A stretch of 64,000 nt of DNA, taken from positions 270,072,001-270,136,000 of the forward strand of contig JBNRSN020000002.1 in the NCBI GenBank assembly GCA_051313645.2, read 5' to 3'. The translations under genes and the position numbers were made by a program. The notes under the pieces are model-generated. The model was not told the origin of the DNA. It searched no databases and was given only the letters and a program-made list of their open reading frames with translations. Each line of letters starts with the position of its first letter. Positions within the stretch are counted from its first letter, which is position 1. The DNA comes from Centroscyllium fabricii. Its lineage: Eukaryota. This document shows positions 33,400-46,255 of this stretch, one piece after another.

Positions 33400-34110
33400 C
33401 AACTAATCTAGTCAAGTTCTTTGGTGAGAGTCACTGAAGTGGTAGATGGAGGAGGATCACTGCATCTTCAGAAAACATTCGATAACATTTCACGCAAGAA
33501 CTAGCTAAAACTGAGGCTCGTGGAATTGGAGATATGGTTAGGAAATTGGTTGGAAGGTAGGAGGCAGGGAGCTGGGATAAAATGGACTTTTTCCAAATTG
33601 GTCATGCTGGATCCCAAGCCTTTCACTACATGTGGATTTGGGAATACTAGGGAATACATCCAAACTTGCAGATAATACTAAGCTAGGAGGTGTGAATTGT
33701 GAAGGAGACAGTAGAACATTGCAAAAAGATGCAGAAAGGTTAAGTGAGTGGATAGAATAATGGCAGATTCAAATAAACATAACAAATTAAGGGAAAGTTT
33801 CCTCTTGCATCCTTCAAACAGGCAAACGTACATGCCGGGATGCTTGCCTACTGGAGTGCAAACCCCACAATTTTCGGTCCATTCATTTCAATGGACAGAA
33901 ATCATGTTCTGCCCATGTGCAATTCCCCAATATGCTCTCCTGTCAGGTAAGCATCCATGCTTGGAGTGTACAAGAAAAAATGTAGCCTAGTGAGAAATAG
34001 TGTACTTTGGACATATGAATATAATGGCAAATGATACTATAATCTAAATGGTGAAATGTTAGAGGGTAGATGAACAACAGGTTTTAGGAATTGCAGAGAA
34101 TTGTGGTCAG
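33400..34110 (+). mobile_element. Highly degenerate CR1 LINE RT fragment
   Basis: Remnants resembling FQKAFDK, WIGNWL.GR.Q.V.ING and SKFADDTKLGG, collinear with the CR1 ORF2 at 61395-62747. Confidence 0.55.
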
Positions 34111-34199
34111 AGATTTGCACAGGATATGCTCTGACATTGTCAACCCCATTCACCAACAGCCACTGAGGATAAATCTCCAGCCTGTTCAACATTTTCACT

Positions 34200-34620
34200 T
34201 CCATGACCAAGGACAGGGCAGATAACCTGAGGGAAGCCTGAGAATGAAACCTATGGCAATCCCAAACACCACTGCCTACACCAAAATGCAAAAAGGCTGA
34301 CTCAAGATCATAATTCACACATCCCGCACCCTGCAAATCTCATCTCTACATACCAGGTGACTGTTGTGGCCAGAAAGGCACCCTCCTATATATATTCTGC
34401 TCATGCCCCCACTTCCAACCTTTTTGGAAACCAATCTCGAAGACCTGTAAGACCCTGATTGGTCTTAGAATTCCAGATGAGATGGTTTTCTAGGCCTGCC
34501 CATTGCAAAGGAAGGACCCCCTACAATGAGCAGATTAGCACATTCCACTACTAACTCCAAGAAGATGCATTTCTCCCTCCCCATGGGAATGTGCAACAAA
34601 CGTGTGGCTGGAACACGTGA
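34200..34620 (+). mobile_element. Ancient L1/Tx1-type LINE C-terminal fragment
   Basis: Frame near 34360 reads CCGQKGTLLYIFCSCPHFQPFWK, resembling the L1 ORF2 C-terminal zinc-finger region. Confidence 0.4.
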
Positions 34621-34949
34621 GATGTATGCCAGTCAGAATGAGTGATGTTTGGCCTCTGCGTGAAACTGAAAACACCAAGCAGTCTGGCACCTGTTGTTGG
34701 ACATTACTGAATAGGAAACTGCTCCCTCCCCCAACAGCAACCTATCCACTGGTGATTAAGGGCAACAACCTCAGCTGACATGATCACTAGCATGCAAAGC
34801 ACCCATCTCCACATTCCCAGGTTTAACTAACCCGCAGAAACCCAAGATCAAAAAAGCTGCTTCAACTCTCTTACATGCTCTTCTCCCAATACAAATAGAG
34901 TCCTGCCAAAAAACCTGGATATGTTAATATATACTCCTGCAGACACTAC

Positions 34950-35925
34950 GACCAGAATTTTCCCCTAAAAAAACGGGTGGGATTGGAGCGTGGGAGCAGT
35001 TAAATTGTTAAAGGTGGTATTCCCAACCTGACACCACCTCCAACCTGCCCACTTCTGGTTTTAATGGAGGCAGGACAGGGGCGGGATGAGGGACGGGCAG
35101 TCAACCTGCTCCCAGGGGGCGGTACCTTAATTTAAATATTGTAATGAGGTTGGCAGCCTTTTTTTTACCTCCATTTTGAATTTAACTGCCTGTGGATGGC
35201 TTCACACAATTCGTGAAACCCGGCAGATAAGCCAAGGTGGGGATTGTTGCATCCAGGAGGTAAGTGGCTTTATACCTACCTCCTGGATCCAGGGTCCCTA
35301 CCTAACCCACTCCCTACGATCAGAGACCCCCACAAGAGGCCTCCGATTGCCCCTCCCAGGCCTCCGACCCCACCGTGAGGCCTCCCTTCCGACCCCACCG
35401 ATGATGCTGAGGCCGGCCACAGTCCTCTGGTGGCCGGCCCCGGTCCTCTCTCCCCCCCCCAATCGATCCCCGATCCCTCCAATCCCTGGTTAACATGGCC
35501 CTCGATCCCTGGCCCCCTCCTGATCCCGACCTCCTGCCAATCCTCCAACCCCCCCGATCCCCGGCCGACTCCCCCTGATGAGCACCAACAACCCCACCGC
35601 CGATTCCCTGACTCCTTCCCACTAATCCCTGACCCCACCGATCTCTGACCATGCTGACCCCCGACTCCCCCTCTCCACCACGATCCCAACCATGCTGACC
35701 CCGCAATCTCTCCCCCGGACCAATCCCTCGCATCTGAGGCCTACCCGCTTGCAGCCAGCCAGCCTCTCCATCTGGCTGGTTGCGGGCCAGAATCTGAGGC
35801 CTCACATTCAAATCAGGCCCTGTCGTTAAAGTCAGCAGGGTCTGTGGGAAACCCGGCCTCCGGGGTTTCCTGCCTGCCTCAGAAGCCCCCCGCCCCCAAC
35901 CCGCCTATCTTGGGAAATTCCAGCC
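34950..35925. mobile_element. Harbinger-type non-autonomous element with C-rich low-complexity interior
   Basis: Imperfect TIR GACCAGAATTTTCC / GGGAAATTCCAGCC; internal CCCCGATCC-like repeats. Confidence 0.5.
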
Positions 35926-36173
35926 ATGCAATTAAATGTGAACATACACTTTCATAGAATATGTTTGTGAATAAACACGTCAATGTTAAATGGCTTCATA
36001 AAATACATGTGTGAATATGCATTCTTGAGAATCCGATAATAATTAAAAAATGAAAAAAATTGTAGCTCTTTTCTGATACCAATCTTCTCTAATCTGCTGG
36101 TTAAAATTAAAATCAACAGAAATGCCACCCAGGTCAGCATTGAAGTTTTCCTCAGCTGCACTTCAATAAAATT

Positions 36174-36375
36174 GATGTGGAGGTGCTGGTGTTGGACTGG
36201 GGTGGACAAATGTAAGACGTCACACAACACCAGGTTATAGTCCAACAGTTTTATTTGAAATCACAAGCTTTCGGAGTGCTGCTCCTTTGTATTATTACGA
36301 AGGATGGCGCGCTGAAAGCTTGTGATTTCAAATAAAACTGTTGGACTATAACCTGGTGTTGTGTGACTTCTTACA
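36174..36375. mobile_element. Penelope-like pseudo-LTR fold-back remnant
   Basis: Inverted arms GTCACACAACACCAGGTTATAGTCCAAC...GTTGGACTATAACCTGGTGTTGTGTGAC, 13-bp TSD TTCAATAAAATTG. Same family as 56588-57041. Confidence 0.7.
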
Positions 36376-36508
36376 TTCAATAAAATTGGCACAGATCCAA
36401 GAGCGCCCTTAAGGTTCACCTCCAGTCAGCTCCGGCAGGGAATTCCCCCCTATAGAATTCCCCCCTATAGAATCCCCATACTCCAAAGCGGACACCTTCT
36501 CCAACATT

Positions 36509-37403
36509 GGGGGGGATTTTTGGAGGGCCGCGCGGGCGGGTTTCCGGCGGGACGGGGGGGGTAAAATCGCAATTCTGGTGGACGGGAAACCACCCCGCCG
36601 GATCCCCGCCCATTTGCGATTTTTCTTGGGCGGGTTTTGCCGCCCTGAATTTTTCCCGCCGGCAGCCGGCGGAATGCAGAATGAGCTCATTGAGGGCCCT
36701 TAATTGGATGAGTAATCCTATTTTAAGGGCCCTCAGCTATTTTAACCCTCTTCCCACCCAAAACCTGCCTGGTGGGAACCCTGCCGGTGAAAGGTGGTGG
36801 GCACCTAGTCAGCTGGGTGTCTGCCACCTTCAAGGCATGGGCACAGCACCCACCCTAGCCTTCGCCATGCTGGAGGTGAAGCTGCCACCCAAGGGTGGGA
36901 AACTTCAGAGCCCTAAAACATAAAAATCACTCACCTTTAAATCCCTGCTATTCATATAGAGATCAGCGTGCTGCGCTGTCTGTGAGTCAATCACCCAGGG
37001 GATCAGTTTCTGTTTACATTCCATTGAAACCACAAACAAACAGTGAGTGAGTTCAACTGTTTGTTTTGTGCTTTTAGTGTTCCCTTTCATAATGTGACTC
37101 ACAAAGGCTATGTCAATATGGAAACAAAGAAACCACTTGAGCACTGTCAATCATGCTTAGTGGTTTCTTCCTACTCAGACTATTCAGGCCTGTTAATCAA
37201 CAGCCCGTCCCACTCAAACTGTGAATGAAAAGGGCTGAGTTCCCACCCAATAGTGTATATTGGAAGCCCAGCAGACTGGCGGGGATTTAATTGGCCACTT
37301 GAGCCAAAATCGTTTGGGCCTCCCAGGTCCTTGGGCAGGCGGGACAGAAAGCTGACCTACCCAAAACCCGACAGCTTCCCACACCTTTTTTAAAATTGCC
37401 CCC
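36509..37403. mobile_element. Harbinger-type MITE inserted in the LINE endonuclease domain
   Basis: TIR GGGGGGGATTTT...AAAATTGCCCCC with 3-bp TSD ATT; inverted homologue at 58648-59520. Confidence 0.8.
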
Positions 37404-38302
37404 ATTGAGAGGGAGATTAACCATTTCCAGGCCCTGGGAAATGTGTTGATCTGCGGTGACCTAAACTCAAGAACTGGTGAAGAACCAGACTTTATCAGTT
37501 CTCGGGGGAATAGTTACATATTTGGGATTAACCATTTTGATCTTCATTCTCATTCACACAGGAATAATTACGACAAACAAACAAACGCAAATGGAAAGCA
37601 GCTCCTGCAGCTCTGTCGAAGCCTGGGTCTGTACATTGTCAATGGTAGGTTCAGAGGGAGCTCTCTAGGAAGATCAACCTACTCTTCACCTCTTGGCACC
37701 AGCACCGTAGACTATATGATTACGGATCTGGATCCATCCTCTTTCAGAGCATTCACAGTCAAACCACAAACACCTCTGTCAGATCACAGCCAAATTACTG
37801 CGTATCTCAAAAGGGCAGAAACAACCAACACAGAAACACAGCCCAGTAAGCTGTACAGCAATAAAAAATCATACAGATGGGTCCAAAACAGCACTGAAAA
37901 ATACCAAAAAACATTAGCAGTCAATCAACTCAATCACTCTTAGGCACCTTTCTGGAAAACACATACACCCAGAATAAAGAAGGCGTAAACCTGGCAGTGA
38001 ACAACCTAAATAATATTTTTGATAATTTGGCATCAATGTCCAACTTGAAATTTTCCCAGAATAAATCCAAAACACAAAACCACGAAAAATGGTTTGATTC
38101 AGACTGTCATAACATGAGGAAAAAACTCAGAAAAATAACAAACCATAAACACAGACAACCAGAAAATGAGGAATTATGCCTTGCCTATTGTCAGGCACTA
38201 ACATAATATAAAAACCCACTCAGAACCAAGAAAGAACAGTATATTAAGAAAAAGCTCAGCACCATTGAAGAATCTATTGATTCTAATTGTTTCTGGGACA
38301 AC

Positions 38303-38484
38303 ATAAGAACATAAGAAATAGGAGCAGGAGTAGGCCAATTGGCCCCTCGAGCCTGCTCCGCCATTCAACAAGATCAAGGCTGCTCTGATCCTAACCTCAA
38401 TTTTACTTTTACTCTCCATCCCGCCCGAACCAATGAGAGGAGAAAAAACAGATAAAAACCCAGTAAACCAGAAAAAAAAACCAT
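38303..38484 (-). mobile_element. Short CR1/HE1-type 3' tail insertion with additional 5' sequence
   Basis: ACATAAGAACATAAGAAATAGGAGCAGGAGTAGGCC tail flanked by a CAAC duplication; it splits the LINE codons FWDN|WNAL. Confidence 0.7.
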
Positions 38485-40048
38485 CAACTGGAATGCATTA
38501 CACAAAAAGCAACAAGATGAATTGCCCATTCAAAATGGAGAGATATGGGAAAACCATTTTGAAAGATTGTACCAGAAACACACACTAAGACCAGAGCAAG
38601 ATCAAATATGTAAAAAATTGGAAAAGCTTGAATTGACCATAAAGGATTACCAAAACCCTTTAGACTCCTCAATAACTGAAAAAGAGCTATTTGAAAAACT
38701 TAGGGACCTGCAACCAAGAAAAGCATGTGGTGCAGATGGCATACTAAACAAGATGCTTAAACACACAGATAGTAAATTGAAATTGGCTGTCCTAAAACTC
38801 TTCAACTTGGTTCTGAGTGTCGGTTACTTCCCTGATGTCTGGAACAAAGGACTCATAATACCCATATATAAAAGTGGAGACAAACTCGACCCAAATAATT
38901 ACCAAGGCATCTGTATGAACAGTAATCTGGGGAAGGTATTCTGTAGTATCATAAACAAAAAACTTACAAACTTTCTTACGGAGCACAATGCCCTGAGTAA
39001 CAGCCAAATTGGATTCTTACCAAATTATAGAACATTGGATCATATTTTCACCCTACACACCCTAATTGACAAACATGTCTACCAAAACAAAAGCAACATT
39101 TTTGCCTGCTTTATAGATTTCCAAAAGGCATTCTATTCTATTTGGCACGACAGTCTATTCTTAAAACTTATTGAAAGTGGTGTAGGGGGAAAAACATATG
39201 ATGTAATTAAATCAATGTATACAGGCAATAAATGTGCAGTTAAAATCGGAGACAAGCAATCAAAATATTTCTCACAGGGGTGTGGCGTGGCGCAGGACTC
39301 GTCTATCTCACCGACTCTTTTTAATATTTATATAAATGAATTGGCAAAACTACTGGAACAATCTACAGCACCTGGCCTCAACCTATATGACTCCAAGGTT
39401 AAATTCCTCCTCTATGCAGATTATCTGGTTCTGCTCTCACCAACTGAAGAGGGTCTACAGCAGAACCTTGATCGGCTAGAGTCGTTCTGCCAGACCTGGG
39501 CCCTGACAATAAACCCCAAAAAAACTAAAGTTCTTGTGTTCCAGCAAAGATCCAGACATCAGGGAACCAAAACAAACTTCGCACTAGGAGCAACTAAAAT
39601 TGAACAAACTACAAATTACACATACTTCGGTTTAAAAATCAGTTCCATGGGAAATTTTCACTTGACTGTGAATGAACTGAAAGAGAAAGCAAAAAGGGCT
39701 CTCTATGCCATTAAAAAGTCAATCCAAATAGAAATTTCAATTGACATTTGGCTCAAAATGTTTTAATCAGTAATTGAACCAATCGCACTTTATGGCAGTG
39801 AGGTGTGGGGTCCGCTAACACAACACGAATTTGCAAAATGGGACAAGCATCCAATTGAGAACCTACATGCAGAATTCTGTAAAAGTATCCTCCGGACTCA
39901 GAGGAAAACCACAAACAATGCATGCAGGGCAGAGTTAAGCCAATATCCACTATTAATTAATATCCAAAAAAGAGCCATCAAATTTTGGAAACATCTAAAA
40001 TTGAGCAACCCCTACAGCTATCACTACAAAGCCTTGAAATGCTAAGAG

Positions 40049-40405
40049 GGTACCGTCAATGGAAAGCATCTACCTCAAACGCTGCTTACGGAGGTCTCTG
40101 AACATTATTAAAGACCCCACACACCCCAGCCACAGTCTGTTCGCCCCCCTGCCCTCCGGGAGACGCTACAGATCAGTTCGCACCCGCACGACTAGATTTA
40201 AGAACAGCTTCTTCCGCAGGGCTGTCAGCCTCCTGAACTCTAAAAATAAACTCCGGTACCTGCACGCCTGATATTGTACTTTACTGTATGCAATTTGCAT
40301 GTAATTTATTTGCACTACTCTAGGGAGCGTCAAGTCTTCGTCTCGTTGTATTGTACTAGTACTCTGCAATGACAATAAAACTTGAATTGAATTGAATTGA
40401 ATTGA
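40049..40405 (+). mobile_element. Rex1/Babar LINE 3' fragment
   Basis: IIKDPTHPSHSLFAPLPSGRRYRS...TTRFKNSFF C-terminus, AATAAA and (TTGAA)n tail. Confidence 0.8.
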
Positions 40406-40953
40406 AGCGAACATAAAGAAAAGTCCCCTCAGTCAACTGGTCCTGGGACTCAGTGAAGTAACTACTAACACTACTGGTAACAACCAGCCCCAGGACAGTG
40501 ACATCCTAGCACACAGAATTCGACCCAACACAATTATTACTAAACAAAGAGAAAAATATTTGTCATACTGGACAGACACGACAGAAACCCAAAACAAACT
40601 AGATTCTTATTTGGCCCTAAACAGACCGTACACCATGGCTGATTACCTGACCATGGTGAAAGATAGCAAACTGAGAAAAACCCTGACACTGGGAGTGGTG
40701 GAGACGGAGCTGCATTTCCTCACAACTTGTGAAAACTATCAGGACATAAGGGGGAATTTCTACCTAAAATTCATAAAAACATGCCCTGAATTCAAAAATT
40801 TGAATGACCACCAAAAACTCCCATATCTATGGTGGGAACAGAGGAACTGTGTAAAATTAGTGGCAAACTATGTCACAGCTTGCCATAAGCAGAGGGACAA
40901 CCAGTGACCATTGAATCTAAGAAAAGATTATATGAGTATTATATGTGTGTATA

Positions 40954-41357
40954 TAGAAACACAGAAACATAGAAGATAGGAACAGGAGTAGGCCATTCGG
41001 CCCTTCGAGCCTGCTCCGCCATTCAATGAGATCATGGCTGATCATCCAAACCCAGTCCCCTGTCCCTGCCTTCTCCCCATATCCCTCGATCCCTATCTGC
41101 ACCGACACTTATCCCACCCTATCCCCGTAACCCCACATATTCAATTCCCCTAACACTAAGGGTCAATTTATCATGGCCAATCAACCTAACCTGCACATCT
41201 TTGGACTGTGGGAAGAAACCGGAGCACCCGGAGGAAACCCACGCAGACACGGGGAGAATGTGCAAACTCCACACAGAGAGTACCCAAGGCCGGATTTGAA
41301 CCCGGGTCTCTAGTGCTGTGAGGCAACAGTGCTAACCACTATGCCACCATGCCGCCC
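40954..41357 (-). mobile_element. HE1-like V-SINE, full length
   Basis: Near-identical to 525-949, with A/B boxes, V core and CR1 tail. Confidence 0.9.
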
Positions 41358-41810
41358 CACTTCCCTAGACTCAAGCCAGACAGAGATTACTCTAAATGTA
41401 CTCTGGCTGATTCAGGCTGAGGTTGAGGGGGCAGGGAAATTAGCTTTTAATGCATACATGGGTATATTTGTCCATTCACTGTTTGTCTGGATCTGCGTTT
41501 GTATGTCCAATTGTATATGTCCTTTTTCTGTGCTTTGGCAACATAAGATGTATCTTGTCATGCCAATAAAGCAATTTGAATTGAATTGAATTGAATCCTC
41601 CAGCTCCTGCTTCATCAGCACTCAGCCTGCTGCTAAACGATTGCCAACCATTATGATGTCATCCACCTTTCAGGAGACTGCAGTATTTAAACCTATAAGG
41701 ACTGATTTTCCTGTTCTTTGTGCCCAAAGAAAACCTATTCCCTTGACACAAAAGTATCTGAGAGGCACAAGCAGTAATGACATGGACAGCCTAAGAAGGA
41801 AGTACCCTAT

Positions 41811-44800
41811 TGTAGCGGCACACCCGCTGGGATTACGAATCCGCCAACGGGGCTCCGCGGAGCGCAGCTCGCTCAACCACGTGATGCGGTTGCGTCACCA
41901 CGTCGGTGGACGTGATGACGTCACCAACGGCGGGACAGTTTAAATATGTTGATACCTCGTGGTTCTGTCTCTTCCTTGTTTTGAATTCCTAGAGTAAAGT
42001 TGTGTTTTCCTTTAGCTCTGTCTCTGTGCATTCTTTAAGTACTCGCAGCTCCACAGTGGTGACCCCGACGACTGGAACGACTTCCAGTCCAGTGAAGAAA
42101 AGCTGCTGCAGTATTTGAGGATCACAGCCAAGGACTTTAAAAAATATGTCCAACGCAAGGAACCAAGCCCCACGATCACAGGGGGCTGGACGGAACACCG
42201 GGCGCGGACTTGTTTTGCCCGAGTTCTGGGAGCAACGGCCAGCGGCCTGGTTTAGCTGCATAGAAGCCAGCTGCCATTCAAATGGCGTCAACGGGGATGA
42301 CCGCTACGACTTGGTCTTCACAGCTCTGCCCCAAACGACCGTCGATAGGATGTGGTCAACGATCCAGCGCGTGCCCTCTGTAGGCAGGTACGAAACACTT
42401 AAGGCCGCGCTGATTAAGAAGTTTACCCCTTCCCAGTTTGAGCGCGACTGCCAGCTCCTCGACCTCCCCGAGCTCGGGGACACCGACCCATCGGACCTGC
42501 TAGGTCAGATGCAGGCGCTCACTCCCAACCCTGCCACCCTATTTCGCACGGTTTTCCTCCTCAAATTGCCCCGCGCAATCAGACCTGCCCTGGCAGCCCT
42601 AGCCCACCTTAGCGACGACGAACTCGGCGAGGAAGCCGACAGGCTTATGGCGGCGCAGCGCACCAGCTCTACCACGTGCGCCCCCAACTCAGCATCGGTA
42701 GAGCACAACTATTCGCCCCCTGGGCACAATTTTACGCCCGAACCCAAGGCCCCACGCCCGCCCAGACAACCGCGCCCCTCTAGCACCGGCTGGTGCTACT
42801 ATCACATGCGGTTTGAACACAAAGCGCACCGCTGCGTCCAGCCGTGCACGTTTAAACCTAACTCAGCCTCCACCATGTCGGTAGGCCACACAGGAGCACT
42901 CCTCTTTGCCACCGACAGCGGCACCGGCCTCAGGTTCCTCTGCGACACAGGCGCGCAGCACAGCATCGTGCCAGCCTCCCCCGCAGAAACCAAACGAGGC
43001 ACCCGCGGCCCGCCACTAGCGGCAGCCAACGGGTCCAGCATTAAAACGTACGGCACACGCGAGCTGACTATTACCCTTGCTGGCCACACGTACACCTGGG
43101 AGTTTGTAACGGCCCAGGTCACCTCTCCCCTCCTCGGGGCAGATTTCCTCTGCGCCAACGGCCTACTGGTCGATGTAACCCGGCGCCGCCTGGTGAATCT
43201 CAGCACCATGACGACCATTCCATGTTCCACAGGGCGCGCACTCCTGACCCACGCGGCAGCTCAATGCCGCTCCAAGGACCGCGATGCCTACGGCACACTC
43301 CTGGTGGAATTTCCCGCCCTTACCAACCCCACGTTCACCGCCCGCAAGGCCAAACACGGGGTAGAGCACTACATAACCACCACAGGCCCGCCCGTCCATG
43401 CACACGCCCGTAGGCTCGACCCAGCTAAGCTGGAGATCGCCATCACCGAGTTCCGCACTATGGAACAACTCGGCATTATCCGCCGCTCCAACAGCCCCTG
43501 GTCCTCCCCGCTCCACATAGCCCCCAAGCCCGACGGAGGTTGGCGCCCCTGCGGCGACTATCGCCGCCTCAACAACGCCACCACCCCGGATAGGTACCCC
43601 GTACCCCACATCCAGGACTTTTCCGCCAGACTGGCAGGGCGCACGATCTTTTCTAAGATCGACCTGGTGCGTGGCTACCACCAGGTACCCGTGCACTCGG
43701 CGGACATTCCCAAAACGGCCGTGATCACCCCCTTCGGGCTCTTTGAATTTATGAGGATGCCCTTCGGCCTTAAAAACGCGGCCCAGGCCTTCCAGCGCCT
43801 CATGGACTCAGTCCTACGGGACTTGAAGTTCATCTTCGTCTATTTGGACGACATCCTCGTGGCCAGCTCGTCCCCTCAGGAACACCTCCTACATCTCAGG
43901 ACCCTGTTCCAGCGCCTTACCGAACACGGCCTTATATTAAGCCCCACCAAATGCAGGTTTGGCCTCGAGACCATCGACTTCCTCGGCCACCGCATTTCCC
44001 AGGCAGGAGCCATACCCCTGCCCTCTAAAGCGCAGGCGGTGCAAGAATTCCCTCGCCCGCACTCTATTAAGGGACTGCAGGAATTCTTGGGCATGGTTAA
44101 TTTCTATAACCGATTTATCCCGGGAGCAGCCGCCCTCATGGCCCCCTTATACCAGGCCACCCGCGGGCAGCCCAACAAGGCTGCGGTCGAGTGGACGGCC
44201 GACGCCGCCACCGCCTTCACCGCAACCAAAACCGCCCTGGCAAACGCCACCCTTCTAGCCCACCCTAGGCCCAACGCCAGAGTAGCCCTCACCACCGACG
44301 CCTCCGACCACGCGGTCGGGGCCGTATTTGAGCAGTGGACCGGCAACTCGTGGCAACCCCTGGCCTTTTTCAGCCGGCAACTCCGGCCCCCAGAGGTTAA
44401 ATACAGCGCCTTTGATAGGGAGCTACTGGCTCTCCATCTGGCGGTGCGACATTTTCGGTTCCTCCTGGAGGGCCGACACTTTACAGCCTTCACCGACCAC
44501 AAGCCACTCACGTTTGCGATGGCTAAGGTAGCTGAACCCTGGTCGGCCAGGCAGCAGCGCCAACTCACGGCCGTGTCGGAATTCACAACCGACATTCAGC
44601 ACATTTCCGGCCGCGACAATGTAGTCGCTGACTGCCTCTCACGCCCCACCATCAACGCCGCCCAAATGGCAGTTGATTACGCCCAGCTGGCCGCCGACCA
44701 GCTGGCCGACCCTGACCTACTCAACACAGCCACTAAACTCCCTGGCCTACGCTTGGCCAATGTCGCGCACGGTCCCGCTGCCACCGTCATCTGCTGTGAC

Positions 44801-46255
44801 GTTTCCTTACCACAACCCAGGCCCGTCGTGCCCCTCGTTTGGAGGGAACGAATCTTTACGACCCTCCACGACCTGTCCCACCCCGGCGTCCGCGCGTCCA
44901 TTAGACTCATATCGGCCCGGTTCGTATGGCGCGGCCTGCGCAAAGACGTCCGCGTCTGGGCCACCTCCTGCATAGCCTGCCAGCGCTCCAAGGTGCACAA
45001 GCACATCAAGGCACCGCTGCAAAATTTTAAAGTACCGGCCAGACGCTTTGACCACGTCCATATTGACCTCGTTGGGCCTCTACCAGCATCTCGCGGCCAC
45101 ACGCACCTACTGACCATGGTCGACCGCAACACCCGCTGGCCTGAAGCAGTTCCCCTCACTGCCACCAACACCACGGACCTAGCCAGGGCGTTCATCGCCA
45201 CATGGATCGCCCGATTCGGCGTGCCCACGGACATCACCTCCGACAGAGGACCCCAGTTTACGTCGACGCTATGGGCGGCCATCGCTCGCGACCTCGGGGT
45301 GACGCTACACAGGACCACCGCATACCACCCACAGGCGAACGGCCTATGCGAACGGTTCCACCGCTCAATGAAGGCATCATTGCGGGCCACGCTGAAGGAT
45401 GCTTCATGGACCGACCGCCTTCCATGGGTCCTCCTCGGGCTGCGCTCGGCAGTCAAAGAGGACCTCAACGCCTCAGCAGCAGAGCTCGTCTACGGCCAGG
45501 CTTTGACGGTACCGGGCGAATTTCTGGCTGAGGCCAACTCACCCTGGTCAGCAGACCAGTATTTAAAAGACTGGGCAAACCCGGCACGAGCCTTTCAGCC
45601 ATTGCCAGTGGCCCGGCATGGAGAGCCGGCAGCTCGGGTGCCAGAGGACATTAAAAATGCCAAATGGGTATTTATCAGACGAGACGGGCACCGAGCCCCT
45701 TTACAGCCACCGTACGATGGCCCTTATAGAGTGCTTCGGGCGGGAGACAAGTTCTTCGAGTTACAAAGGGGCAAAAGAACTGAGACAGTAACTATAGACC
45801 GGCTCAAGCCGGCACACGTGACAGCGGGCGAGACCACGGTCCCCGCGCAACCACCACAACGCGGTCGCCCTCCCGCACCTAAACCCGCCCACACTCCAAC
45901 GCAGAACCGGCAACAACGAACAACACGGTCCGGCCGCATCATCCGACCGCCCCAACGGCACACATAGACACGGCAATTTATTTCTCCCGGACGGATTCTG
46001 GGGGGAGCTGTGTAGCGGCACACCCGCTGGGATTACGAATCCGCCAACGGGGCTCCGCGGAGCGCAGCTCGCTCAACCACGTGATGCGGTTGCGTCACCA
46101 CGTCGGTGGACGTGATGATGTCACCAACGGCGGGACAGTTTAAATATGTTGATACCTCGTGGTTCTGTCTCTTCCTTGTTTTGAATTCCTAGAGTAAAGT
46201 TGTGTTTTCCTTTAGCTCTGTCTCTGTGCATTCTTTAAGTACTCGCAGCTCCACA
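41811..46255 (+). mobile_element. CsRn1-clade Ty3/Gypsy LTR retrotransposon, full length and intact, copy 2
   Basis: 245-bp LTRs at 41811-42055 and 46011-46255 with 1 visible difference, TSD CTAT, tRNA-Trp PBS TGGTGACCCCGACG at 42057, PPT GGGGGGAGCTG. Confidence 0.97.
42146..45967 (+). CDS. gag-pol: Intact single-frame Gag-Pol polyprotein (1273 aa)
   Basis: Gag with CHCC, protease CDTGA, RT YLDD, RNase H, integrase HHCC/DDE and GPY motif, all in one open frame. Confidence 0.95.
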   Translation: MSNARNQAPRSQGAGRNTGRGLVLPEFWEQRPAAWFSCIEASCHSNGVNGDDRYDLVFTALPQTTVDRMWSTIQRVPSVGRYETLKAALIKKFTPSQFERDCQLLDLPELGDTDPSDLLGQMQALTPNPATLFRTVFLLKLPRAIRPALAALAHLSDDELGEEADRLMAAQRTSSTTCAPNSASVEHNYSPPGHNFTPEPKAPRPPRQPRPSSTGWCYYHMRFEHKAHRCVQPCTFKPNSASTMSVGHTGALLFATDSGTGLRFLCDTGAQHSIVPASPAETKRGTRGPPLAAANGSSIKTYGTRELTITLAGHTYTWEFVTAQVTSPLLGADFLCANGLLVDVTRRRLVNLSTMTTIPCSTGRALLTHAAAQCRSKDRDAYGTLLVEFPALTNPTFTARKAKHGVEHYITTTGPPVHAHARRLDPAKLEIAITEFRTMEQLGIIRRSNSPWSSPLHIAPKPDGGWRPCGDYRRLNNATTPDRYPVPHIQDFSARLAGRTIFSKIDLVRGYHQVPVHSADIPKTAVITPFGLFEFMRMPFGLKNAAQAFQRLMDSVLRDLKFIFVYLDDILVASSSPQEHLLHLRTLFQRLTEHGLILSPTKCRFGLETIDFLGHRISQAGAIPLPSKAQAVQEFPRPHSIKGLQEFLGMVNFYNRFIPGAAALMAPLYQATRGQPNKAAVEWTADAATAFTATKTALANATLLAHPRPNARVALTTDASDHAVGAVFEQWTGNSWQPLAFFSRQLRPPEVKYSAFDRELLALHLAVRHFRFLLEGRHFTAFTDHKPLTFAMAKVAEPWSARQQRQLTAVSEFTTDIQHISGRDNVVADCLSRPTINAAQMAVDYAQLAADQLADPDLLNTATKLPGLRLANVAHGPAATVICCDVSLPQPRPVVPLVWRERIFTTLHDLSHPGVRASIRLISARFVWRGLRKDVRVWATSCIACQRSKVHKHIKAPLQNFKVPARRFDHVHIDLVGPLPASRGHTHLLTMVDRNTRWPEAVPLTATNTTDLARAFIATWIARFGVPTDITSDRGPQFTSTLWAAIARDLGVTLHRTTAYHPQANGLCERFHRSMKASLRATLKDASWTDRLPWVLLGLRSAVKEDLNASAAELVYGQALTVPGEFLAEANSPWSADQYLKDWANPARAFQPLPVARHGEPAARVPEDIKNAKWVFIRRDGHRAPLQPPYDGPYRVLRAGDKFFELQRGKRTETVTIDRLKPAHVTAGETTVPAQPPQRGRPPAPKPAHTPTQNRQQRTTRSGRIIRPPQRHT

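Larger units (their letters stand above)
36450..41596 (+). mobile_element. 5'-truncated CR1-group LINE (Crack/Daphne-like): ORF2 plus 3' UTR, interrupted by four insertions
   Basis: APE motifs (PPIESPY..., LICGDLNSRTG, TVDY, SDH), RT 38522-39766 (FIDFQKAF, LLYADY), C-terminal ALYGSEVWG and ETELHFL..C, tail AATAAAGCAAT(TTGAA)n. Clade assignment is from motif recall. Confidence 0.85.
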
